Of a stretch of 64,000 bases of DNA, positions 49,746 to 60,726 are shown one piece after another. The position numbers and the translations under genes are program-made. Numbering within the stretch: position 1 is the first letter of the stretch; the number at the start of each line of letters is the position of its first letter. The stretch comes from Xylographa opegraphella (Eukaryota), in assembly GCA_022813865.1 (NCBI GenBank), contig JALDZX010000006.1, positions 496,001-560,000 of the forward strand, written 5' to 3'. The notes beneath the pieces were generated by a model. The model was not told the origin of the DNA. It did not search any database and saw only the letters and a program-made list of their open reading frames with translations.

Positions 49746-50864
49746 GAGGAGGGGGGTGTGGTGGGAAGTGGTGTAACGTGGACTACTGTGGTGTGAGGTC
49801 GGGGGGAGTGGTGGAGCGTGGCGTTCGGGGAATAGGGTGGGAATGGAGGGCTACGCGGGATAGTCTTCTTGGGGGTCTCAGACCGGCTGCATTGGATAGC
49901 GAGGCATGAGCACGAGCGTGAGCATAAGCATGGCACGGGCGTTCTTCGGAGGGAGATTTTGTACATGGGCTGCGTCTATATATCTATTTATATATTAGCT
50001 ATGCCCCGAACTTGTGAATGTGAGATACTGCATCTAGACTCGAGAGGGCGCATGGCCGCTTTGGGAGTAGTAGAGGAGCAAGGGGAGAGTACCTGAGTAT
50101 GCCATTTCCCCGAAACCCTCGTTCGCTTAAAGCCCTATCAAATCAGAGGAATAAACAAATGAAACTTTCTGATTGTCGCAACATCGTTGTGCTCTTCCGG
50201 TCGCTCATTACTGTCATATTGTGTCATATTGAAGACTTCCCACTTTGAGTGTTGGTGTATCTTGTGACGGATACAATGCTTTTGTGGTCCAATTCCTCGT
50301 TTATCAAGAACATTTACCTAAGTTGTATCTCCTCGCAATGTTTCCTGTGACTGTTTCAGCTCCATGCAAGAATTTGCGAGCTGAAATCATTCGCGCTGTC
50401 GCTATTCTATTTCATACCTGTGTTGCGACAATGAACGGCTTTGATATCCATCTGATATTGATATAGAGCGCTACGCTGAAATTATCACAAAGAGGTCTAG
50501 CCATTTCGTCGAAGTTGTATCACACATTTATCGTATTGGTCAAGCTGTCTCCACATCCAATCAACTTCGCCCGGTGGCGTGGCTACAGAATCCCAAACCG
50601 GAAAAGATTTATTTCGTGGCGTCGAGGAGCCAAACCCCTCCTGGTCACCCCCACAGTCTTTTGCCGATCTTGCTGAAAGATGCAAGGATACCATCCCCAG
50701 TTGCCAGGCTGTCTAGACGGGTGGGTAAGATAGCGAAAGGACAGTGCAGGACCGGAGCTGAATAAATCCCGCAGTTCCAACAGGTCCCTACCGTAAAGCC
50801 AGCTCCTCTGCTCGCTGCTGCCAATTCACCACCATCCATTTAACCTTAACCGTCTCCCCAAACA

Positions 50865-51714
50865 ATGAAAGCATCGTCTCTGAAAGCACCAGCGCCCATC
50901 ACATCCGGGCCCAGCATCTCGCACGAGGAGCTGCGCAAGCGAGCCGCAGGCCAAACATGCGGCTTCATCGCTGGCGACTCGAGTACGATCCCCTTTCCTC
51001 GCATTTTCTCCTAGACCTCACTTCCTGTCGCGCACATCTCCGCAGTACACTAACCTCCATCGACTCCTTCGCAGACTACCCGCTGACCTGCCCCGGCACC
51101 TCCACCTGCACGTACGGCCCAGACTACCACTGGGGCTGCTGCGACAGCGCCAATTGCTGGAACCCCGGCACGTGCGAGAATGAAGGGGTGCCGTACTGCA
51201 GCGGTGTGGCGTCGGCGAATTGTATTTACAGCCAGATTCAGCAATGGTTTGGGGTTCTGTATTCTCTGATCTGAAATGGTGTTTCTGATAGGTAAAGTAG
51301 TTCCGATGCGTCGCCGTCGTGCATTACTTTCGTCCGATCGACGGGGCCGACGGATTCGAATAAGCTAACGTCGTGGGGTTGCAATACGAGTCCGACGAAG
51401 TATATGGTGCTGGCACAAGCTACGGGAAGCGGAAGTGGATCGATAGACAGTTCAGGACTGCCGTTCGGCAGTGGGAGTGCGACGAGTATAGGTAGAATGG
51501 CGGTGCAATACGATCGTTGAGCAATAGCTTACGCTCATTAGTATCGTCGTCCAGCTCGACATCTACTGGGGATGGAAGCACAAGCTCTGACAATCTGTCT
51601 CGACCCGCAGAGATAGGCACTATCGTAGGTGCTATTTGTGGCCCTCTTGCTCTTCTTGCCGCCATTATTTTTGGTGTGAACGGATGGAGAAGACGTCGAA
51701 ATAGAACATCATAG
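50865..51714 (+). CDS. Small Cys-rich single-pass membrane protein, multi-exon
   Basis: LRKR dibasic site, then TCGFIAGD/YPLTC..C...WGCC..C...C Cys-rich domain, S/T/G stalk, and TM IGTIVGAICGPLALLAAIIFGV followed by WRRRR; three short intron-like gaps. The true start may be further upstream. Confidence 0.65.
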
Positions 51715-53081
51715 ATGATTTTTGATGTTTGTTTATTATTATATTTATAACCCTAGCCGCTCTCATCAATCGGGGATGGAGGTCGTTCTTTCAGCCTCCC
51801 TTCAATATTTCATGCCGATGCTTTTACCTCAAAGGCGTGTGGTTTCTCTATACTTTCTCTGTATGTACAACCCCATGACTGACTTGCGAAAAATAACTGT
51901 TTATCCCTCCACGTCCTTTGGCGCTGCAGCAGATTTTCGGCGCCATAAATAAACGCTATATATCGAGAGGAGCGCAAACAATACTTTAAACCTGCTTGTC
52001 AGTGAATGTTCTTCGCCGCAGTATTGGCCAAGCTTTACTCAAGTGCAATACTCAGACCCTATTTTGACTTTGATTCCGAGTACGTGAACTGGGTCATACA
52101 CACAACTCATGTGTTATAATTCAACTGGCTTTCGCTCTGACTGAGGCTATTATCGAGTCATGTTGTAAATTCGTTGGCTGAGCCAATATCATCGGCAGTC
52201 TCGATCAACTGGCCGTTGCCATACGACAGTGGCTTGTCGACAGTGACAGCGACGAGGATTTAGGCGATGCGAGCATATACAGCGAATGAGAAAAAAGAAG
52301 TATTATATCTGGCAGATAGTTGACAAGCTTGTGTGCTCTTGAAATTATAATAGCTATCGAACTGTCCTTTAAACTAGGTGATCGTTACATGCTTATTTAA
52401 ATTTAAGTGTTTTATCTCACTACTCAATTACAGATTTTTATATCTTGTTGTCCACTTTATGAGTATTTGAGGCAAGACGCTCGCTTCTGAACTCTGTCCG
52501 TGCTCATTAACTCCTTGGCATGGTTGTCATCACACGAGCTAATATGGGGGATAAACTTTCGATTGGGCGTTCCGCATCGAGAACCACGCTCTCACACAAC
52601 CCGTATATATCGCATTGTGGAAATGTAATGCATCGGACGGATCTCGGCAGGCGTAGGGAACCGAAGAACAGAATGTGGGAACAAGCAGGCACAGCGTTGG
52701 TAGTGGAGACCCGGTCTTTTGATACGTGCTTGACCCAATCTTATTCATCGTCTTCCACGATACAGTAGGTGCTTGTCTGGCAGCCGTAAATAATCGCATG
52801 AGGAGATCGGAAAATCGGCCGATGTTATTATATAAAGTATCACGGATCAAGAAGCCGCGCTGTATCCGAACAGATAATTAATGAGTGTATAAAACAATGA
52901 ATTAGTGATTGGATTCATCAAACAACGTCAGAGCCTTTCCACTTTACAAGGCCACATCAAGTAAAAATCATCATCCTCGATATCCACTAACCAAGTCCCA
53001 AGAATATAATCGACCTCAGTACAAATTGGCCCTTGTTATCTCATTCCCAGATATCTCACTTTCTCCACAAAAGCAATCTGC

Positions 53082-53519
53082 TCAAGAGCCGGAGATTTTG
53101 ACAATAGTTGGCTTGCTAGAGCGGTACTCGACCTCATGCGAACCAGAGTTCTGCCAGACATCAAGCTCGTAGCTATCTGGCGACTCATCCGTAAAGTAGT
53201 AGTCGTAGTGGTCAGTGCAATTGATCGTCAGCTTGTACTGGTATGGCGACCACCATTCGGCTGTCTCGAGCTTGTACCAAGTGATGGCTGTTTTGTTTTG
53301 AACATCGACGGATGGCGCTCCTGAGCTGCCGACGGTCCAGTAGACGGCCACGTCTTTGAACTTTGGTCCGCTTGCATCTGCTGAATTGAGTTCTTCGCCG
53401 GTTGGTTTATCCGCAATGTTGTAATCGGTGGCTTTGACGCGGTAAGCATGGCCCTCGTCTGTCTTCAGCTCCTCCCAGCCCACATTAGCATCTGCTGGTG
53501 CTTGCTTTTGGTCCGACAT
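53082..53519 (-). CDS. 145-aa acidic, aromatic-rich hypothetical protein, no signal peptide
   Basis: Clean ORF in good start context (ACAATCATG), coding-like codon usage, TATAAATA on the minus strand near 53647-53654, alternating beta-strand pattern. Confidence 0.75.
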   Translation of the reverse strand: MSDQKQAPADANVGWEELKTDEGHAYRVKATDYNIADKPTGEELNSADASGPKFKDVAVYWTVGSSGAPSVDVQNKTAITWYKLETAEWWSPYQYKLTINCTDHYDYYFTDESPDSYELDVWQNSGSHEVEYRSSKPTIVKISGS

Positions 53520-54871
53520 GATTGTGTATGGTGAGGTGATTCTGCAAAGAGGCTTGGTAAGACAAGATGATTGTGCCTAAAGAAAATGCTGTTATGAGTA
53601 GCCTTGGTGTCTGGAAAATGAGCTGAAGAGGGTCGAAAGCTGGTCTTATTTATACTTAGTAGATTGGTTTCGTCTCAATGGTCTTGCATGCCCGTGGCTT
53701 TCTAAATTCACGGCGCTTAAGGCAATGGGTCACGATCGTCACTACAGACCATCGATGACATAGGAGTCACTGGTTCAGCTCTTCAATTGACATGGCATGC
53801 TCCGGGGCTGCCGAATGACTCCTGGGCACAGAAAATCGGCAAATCGTTCACCGAGCTCATTGTGTTTGTAGCGTGAACAGATGTGGCATGTCGTAGCGCA
53901 AGCCGAAGCCACAAAAGTCGCTTTTCCTCAGAGCTAGGAGCTGCAGGAATCATTCTTTCAATAGTGTCGCTGCCAGAGTCGTTCAGACTGTCCAAAAAAG
54001 ATTATCTGGACACGAAGTACTTTGGTCTGGCCCGTGCAATCGGTGAATCAGCTCTATTGATGCGGAGATGTCTCAAGCCTTTTTAGAACATGGCTAGTTT
54101 AACCACGGCGTGCTCCCTTCCCGTCTGCCGTAGCTCCCATTCTCAGCCAGCCTCCCACCGTCGATGCATATTTTATGTGAAGTAATCCTAGCTGATTTAC
54201 TATCACTATCCATGCCTGACAAGCAGCCAGATTTTCATAATCGTTTGATTTCGCCGTCGATCGCTCATTTGCGTTACACCGTGCGATGATAACTGTACAT
54301 TTTCTTGCAATTATCTGCCCGAGTTTTTTACGTCTATTGTTTGTTTTACGTTGATTAAATTAGTGCTGAATCATGTTTGTGAGGACATATTACATTTATG
54401 CATTTTTGGTATTGTCTTTTGTCAAGGGTGGGCATGGGTCGCTGGCGTAATTTGCTGATTCCAATTACTTATTGACACACTCCTTCGAGGTTTAAGTGCA
54501 GCAAGCCACGGCACTTACTAATTTACTCGGCTAATTTACACTACATAAGTGAAACGCACGCTTTAACTGCTGTGCAACATGAATGATCACGTAACAGATG
54601 TCAAGTGGACAGCTAAAGTAGGCCAAAATTATTGAACGGGTGGGAAAAACGGCATGAGACAGAAGTTAGCTGAAAAAAGCGCCACAAAGCGAGGAATCGG
54701 GAGGTAAGTCCTACCGTTCTTGTGTCCTTAATAACAGAATGGTGCAATATTTTTTTGGCTATAACTACCCTGACTTTGCTTGCTGACAAGAAGCAAGGCA
54801 TAAACTCTTGAGGGTGTGGTTCAAAATTGCCATTGACTTGCATGACTACGAGCGGCGACAATCAGAATATC

Positions 54872-55973
54872 ATGTCGGCCTCTGAAAGTGTTGATGGTAC
54901 AAATGGCGCAGAAATCACCCCAATGATGTCAATCAGGGGAGGGCCAGCCGGATTATTTCACCAGCCGATTCACGAAAGTCTGACCTTGGCTATCCTGATC
55001 AGTGGAAATTTCGGCGTTGCCCATGGCACGACTGTTGATAATGCTACCAACGAGGACTGGGAATACATTCGAGGAGCGGTCTGGAATGATGATCCAGCTT
55101 GTTTACTTTTCGACGACGATGAAGTACACAACCATGTGTACTCAACAGGACTCAAGTGGGGTTACTTTTACAACGCAGGAGCGATTGAGTGGAAGAACCT
55201 TAGCTCGAGCAGATTTCGGAATCCTACCGGTCGTTCGCACTATGGTGACCTCCAATTCCTCCATTGTATGGCATCTCAGTCTGGAGAATTGCCCGTGGAG
55301 ACGAAGCGAAAGTTGATGGTATGGCTTGAAGTTATGTACAAGCTCGCCAACAGGGAAGATGGTATCAATGGCGATACGGAGATTGGAAGCACTAAACTCT
55401 CCGAGTTTTGTCCTGTGCTCTCGCTTCCACCAAGTTTCAAGCCTTTGCGCTTTCTATTAGCAAACGAATCCTCATTCGAAGGTACAAATGTTGGGAGGCG
55501 AGCATTGGGTAGCATGTTTCACATCATTCAGGACTCATATGCTATTGGCCATACGAAGCGCACGCTTTTGAATTCACAAGATAAAGAATCTGATGGTAAC
55601 TTGAGCGCTCAAGAACTTTTCACCTTCAACATAAATATTTTGTCTAATATACTTGGCAGATTCGCTGAAGTTTAAGCCAGGGACGGTGGATCAATGGGGT
55701 GCAATCGAAAATTTCCATACATATAGCGGTCAGAACGAGGCCGCACATTCGCACTATGATTATTCCAACAACCCGCTTTCGAACTCCGGTAACTTGGGTA
55801 ATCTAGCGCAGTTTGATGGCTTCATTGGGTGCCATATGGCCATTGAGAAGTGCAAAGGTCTCATGACACTGAAGCAGTCCGGCACAAAATGGAATAATGG
55901 TGTAAAAGATTATCTTGACAGGGATGTCTTTGCACTATCTTCACGCCCGACTCCAGCGAACAATCAAGTGTGA
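54872..55973 (+). CDS. Hypothetical protein with His/Asp motifs of the Zn-dependent phospholipase C / S1-P1 nuclease / HET-C-like fold
   Basis: Motifs IHESLT, GAVWNDDP, RSHYGDLQFLHCMA, ALGSMFHIIQDSYAIGH, YSGQNEAAHSHYD; intron 55596-55659 joins the two ORFs in frame. Start could be 54842 or 54872. Confidence 0.7.
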
Positions 55974-56299
55974 TAGTAATATCAATGCTCGAGACGTTGC
56001 GATCCGGCTCCTGTTTTGTTATTAATGATGGAAATGTAGAAATTACTACGATATTGGTAACTTCTCCGAAATTGGAGACTTCTCGCCTATGGTATATCCT
56101 CATTGACTGGCTCGATTGAGTCGAACTGCACGATGAAGCTGCACATCGGGTAAACCAATCACACCAATACAGGTTACTCCATCAAATTGTACCATGGTTC
56201 ACTTGTACGAGCTCTTGCAGCAGTGGGGCCGCTTGTTATTCTCGACTCTTGTCGCGCTAGTCTACTTCAAACCCGGAGATATCGCCAACATCAGTTCTT

Positions 56300-56456
56300 C
56301 AGCCAGCCTCTTACCTCAGCCAGCCTTATACCTCAGCCAGCCTCGTATCTCAGCCAGCCTCGTACCTCAGCCAGCCTCGTACCTTAGCCAGCTCATACCT
56401 CAGCCAGCCTCATACCACAGCCAGCCTCATACCTTGCATTCAGCCAGCCTCATACA
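56300..56456. repeat. 17-bp minisatellite, about 9 imperfect copies of CAGCCAGCCTCRTACCT
   Basis: Tandem copies read directly from the sequence; no unique spacers. Confidence 0.9.
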
Positions 56457-56801
56457 GCACGTCTGCTATTGACTTTAGCATGTTGTTTCATACCTGGCCG
56501 GAAGCGAGCTTTTACAATGGTAAAGCCGCTCGATATCTCAGCTTTAATCACGTTGAAAGGCTTGGGTGGCCCCATTTCTTCTTCCTATCAGTGAGAATCA
56601 TATCATCGGGTACGACGCTATACCTGTGATTGAAAGAGAAATATGCGTCGCTCTATGATTTTGTCAGCCTAGACGAAGCTTTTGGACCTGCCTGCATAGG
56701 CCTTGATTCCCCGGCGTACAATTACTTTCTATTCAACTTGTAACGGTTGTTTTTTGTACGACATAACAATCTCATGTGCACAGACTGCACGAGCTTGAAA
56801 A

Positions 56802-59008
56802 ATGGCTATTATTACTGTCAACGGTAATACTATCAACCCTGAAGCCACGGGTTATGTGTCAGGAAACGCAAAAGATTCAAACTTTATTTACGTCCAAAGC
56901 TATCATGATCTCAATATTGACGAAAAGTGGCAATTGGCGAAGGCGGGTGTAGAGATTCAAGAGTATGTTGCAGAATATACGTATCTGTGCCGCTACACGC
57001 CGGAGGACCTTGAGCCGATACGAGCAATGACTTTTGTCAGAAGTGCCAACGTGTAAGTGTCCAGACGTAATACTTGTTGCGGACTTCACCACGTAAATGC
57101 GCTACGATCGACCCCTGCTAGCTATGACTATAGCAAGGATTCGCTGACTATGCACAGTTACCACGCGGAGCTCAAAAGCACTGTCTCACTAAAAGACATG
57201 GTTCAAAGGGAAACTGATCGGACAGAATACGAGGTGGATCTCATTCTCCACGACAACCCCAACATTGGTTCTACAGCCTTAGCACCATATGTCGCGCAAT
57301 CAGCTGGGGTGGACATCAACGAACTAGAAGTTCTTTCCAATAAGATAAGACTTACCGTGCACCAGGATAAACTCGATGATCTTGCAGCTTTCGATAGTGT
57401 GAACAGAATAGAAGAAGTGCGGCCCAAGAGCGTATACAACGATCAGGCACGTGACATTTTGCAAGCAGATACACTGTTCACATCCACAGGTTATCAAGGA
57501 GCTGATCAAATCGTTTGCGTGGCAGACACGGGTTTTGATCAAGGCGTGGCGAACGATAACTCGAGTGTCAAAGTACATCCGGCGTTTGCAGGTCGCGTAG
57601 AACGTCTAGTTTCTCTGTGGCTTTCGGGTGACTCTAAGGATCCTGTCGGACATGGCACTCATGTATGCGGATCAGTATGCGGGAATGGCGTTTATACAGA
57701 TTCTGTTCAAGGTAAAAATATCAGTGTGAAAGGAACCGCCCCGGCCGCACGGCTGATGGTGCAGTCGATGTCGAAGTACTCCGATGCTTTGAAGCGTTGG
57801 ATACTCAAGGCACCTGCAGATCTGTCTACATTATTTTCTGTTCCATATGACCTAGGAGTACGAATTCACAGCAACTCCTGGGGTGACACATGGGACGAGG
57901 TGACCGGTCAGCTTGGCTATGAGGCCGACGCGTCCACGATCGACAGGTTCATCTACGAGCATCAAGATTTCGTTGTACTGATTGCAGCTGGGAACGATGC
58001 TGACGTGAAGAACCACGGGTCGAGTCAAATTGGCGACAACGGTGCAGCTAAGAATTGCATTACCGTGGGGGCCACAGGCACAACGCGGTCCAATGATGGG
58101 CAGCGCTATTGTCCTGATGTGCCAGCATTGTCGGGCACCAAAGATACGGCCATATTCAGTAGCAGAGGACCCACCAAGTCCACTATTGATTCCCAAGGTC
58201 GAGTGACTCCTGGCCGCGTTAAGCCGGATGTTGTAGCACCAGGCGTCGTTATACTGTCAGCAGCATCACGATCAGTAGCTGCAAATGCCTATATTCGAAA
58301 AAGAAACGGCTTGTCTAACGACAACGATTGGTTATTCATGTCGGGCACCAGCATGGCCACACCGCTCGTTGCTGGCTGCGCAGCTTTGATTCGCGAGGTA
58401 TTGCAGGAGCGCGGAAAAGAGCAACCCAGTGCGGCTCTGGTCAAAGCTCTGCTGATCAACGGTGCCGTGAATCACTCAAGCCCAAATGGCCCCGGTTTCG
58501 ACAACCAGCAAGGCTTCGGACTGGTCGACATCAACCGCTCCATCGCCATGATCAAGCAGTCCACTTTCATCGACGGCGGAAACAGAACCGAGGCCACTAC
58601 ATATGATGTCCCGGCATTGCGCCTCGCTCCCGCCACCGACAGCCGATGGGAAAGTCCCGCGATCCCCATTCCGAGCGCTCGCAATCGACTCGTCGTCACT
58701 CTCGCCTACCCAGATGCGCCATCCGCTCTCCTGCAGAACGACGTGAATCTCATCGTGCTCGCGGATGGAGTGGAAAGGCACGGCAACATGGGCGACGATC
58801 AGGGATACGATCACATCAGTAAGCTGTCCCCAATCTCTCTTTCTCTCCACCAACACGTCCCCTGACCGTACCAACAGACAATGTCGAGAAAGTCATCTGG
58901 GACGACGTACCCGCTCCGACGGCCACGATCATCGTGCAGGCCTACGCCTTCACGAAACCGGATTCGGAGCAGGCGTTCGCGGTTGCGTGGACCGTTCAAG
59001 CCCGATAG
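56802..59008 (+). CDS. Subtilisin-like serine peptidase S8 (KP-43-type) without signal peptide
   Basis: Catalytic triad motifs VADTGFD, GHGTHVCG, SGTSMATP; HSNSWG, AAGND, AKNCITVGA, FSSRGP, KPDVVAPG; C-terminal NNVEKV beta-domain; introns 57053-57157 and 58819-58877. Confidence 0.93.
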
Positions 59009-59124
59009 CGGTCCTTCGAGGGTATACTTCCTTGGGCCCGGGGACGAGATTGTAAGAATGCGCTGAGGAGGGTGGTGATGTGGTTTCCTTGATGGGGAAA
59101 GGCTTGTTGGTTAGTAGCTCGGGG

Positions 59125-59141
59125 TATATATATATATATAT
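59125..59141. repeat. (TA)n microsatellite
   Basis: About 8 TA units. Confidence 0.85.
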
Positions 59142-59310
59142 GTATCTATATACATAATCCCCATCTGACCCCTACGCAATATCCAGCCCGGGAAATCCAT
59201 CTCCACCCCCACCTCCACCTCCATCTCCCATCTCCACCCCCCACCCCCACCACAAAACCACAACCCAGCACGAAGCACACCTCGCTCCACACGACCTCCG
59301 GGCATACCTA

Positions 59311-59380
59311 CCCATCCCCACTCCCCATCCCCACTCCCCATCCCCACTCCCCATCCCCACTCCCCATCCCCACTCCCCAT
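59311..59380. repeat. 13-bp tandem repeat CCCCATCCCCACT, about 5 copies (G-quadruplex-prone on the minus strand)
   Basis: Tandem copies read directly; the minus strand reads (GGGGAGTGGGGAT)n. Confidence 0.9.
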
Positions 59381-59763
59381 TCCCGAACCACCCGAACCAC
59401 ACAAACATGCATAGTTAACACCCAGCGCGCTATTCCGCGAAGTTTTGAACACATGCACCACCTCGGCGAGGCACATCAGTCAGTTAGTCAGACCAAGGGG
59501 GAAGGGCATGGGCGACGAGAACAAGGCAGCGCGGATATGATACAAGGGCCCGTGTGTTTTTTCTGCAGGGCGCGAAGCGAGATGGTTTTGGGGATGGGGA
59601 GTGGGGAGATATAGGCTGATGGTTTTGGTTGTTGGGATGGATCGGTCGTGTATAGGGAGGGGAATTTATACATATCGGCGATATTTTTTGTTGGTGAGGT
59701 TAGAGTCTGACTGGTGGTCAGTTTATCTGTCCGTTCAGGCTCCGCTCCGTCACTAGACCAGTC

Positions 59764-59809
59764 CCCTATCCCATCCGATCCCTATCCCATCCGATCCCTA
59801 TCCCATCCC
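59764..59809. repeat. 16-bp tandem repeat CCCTATCCCATCCGAT, about 3 copies
   Basis: Read directly from the sequence. Confidence 0.8.
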
Positions 59810-60709
59810 GCCCCATCCACCCCCTCCCATCCCGCCCCAGTACCCACCGCCCTCCTTCCCCTCCCTCCGCTCCCGAATCACCCAGCGGAGCACCCGCCAC
59901 AAAAGCACCCACCCAAACTCCCCTCTCGGCCACTCAACCACCCGCCCTACAACGACAGCGCATCACCACAAGCCCTCCCCACTCCCACCACCTTCCTCTT
60001 CCCCTAGCAAAGCCCACAAAACCACGCTCCCTACCCCCTACCCCCACCTTCAACCAGCCCCTCGACAAAAGACAAAACCACCACCCTTTCTTTCTCCCAA
60101 GTCACCACCTGAGGCACAACACTCCACAACACTCCACGCCACGCCATACCACCAAACCACCATACCATCCCACCACGCCCGCCTCTCGCGCCCTACCCCA
60201 ACCTACTCCCCAACCCCCATCTCACAACCACCACAACTCCGCCGACCGCAACGAAGCCAAATAACTACAGTAACAGCGCAACAAGCGTAACAACCCTGCT
60301 CCCATCAAAGAACGAGCCACGTCCCGTCCCTGAAAAAGAAAACCACACAGGCACCCGGCGTAAACACGCCACCGCGACCGGGAAAAGCCACGACGAATTG
60401 GTGGGCTGGCCGGCGATCTTCGCCACTGGGGCCCCATGCGAAAGGGGCACGGAGCAGAAGCCGCCGCAGCGGGCGAGGTTGGGTACGGCGGCGTTGTGGA
60501 GGTTAGAGAGAAGGGGGATATGAGCTCTTTGGCGGTAGGGAGGGAGGGAGGGAGGGGGAGGATAGAGGGTTCGCAGGCTAGGTACCTGATCGGAGGCAGT
60601 GCCGATGTGCACGAGGGCTGATATTTCGCATCTGCAGGCCCGCGCGATAGGCACATGATCCGCGGGCGGGACGTCTTCGGCCGCTTTCATCTCCGACATC
60701 GCTGCTGTC

Positions 60710-60726
60710 GAGAGAGAGAGAGAGAG
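60710..60726. repeat. (GA)n microsatellite
   Basis: About 8 GA units. Confidence 0.8.

Noticed and set aside
48793..49966. Several long overlapping ORFs in other frames and strands
   Set aside because: Off-frame or antisense products of the very C-rich last exon of phospholipase B.
56300..56456. CRISPR-like appearance of the repeat array
   Set aside because: Units are directly adjacent with no unique spacers, there are no cas genes, and the context is eukaryotic.
37500..60000. Starship or other mobile element carrying the accessory genes
   Set aside because: No tyrosine recombinase captain, transposase, terminal repeats or target-site duplication could be identified in the window.
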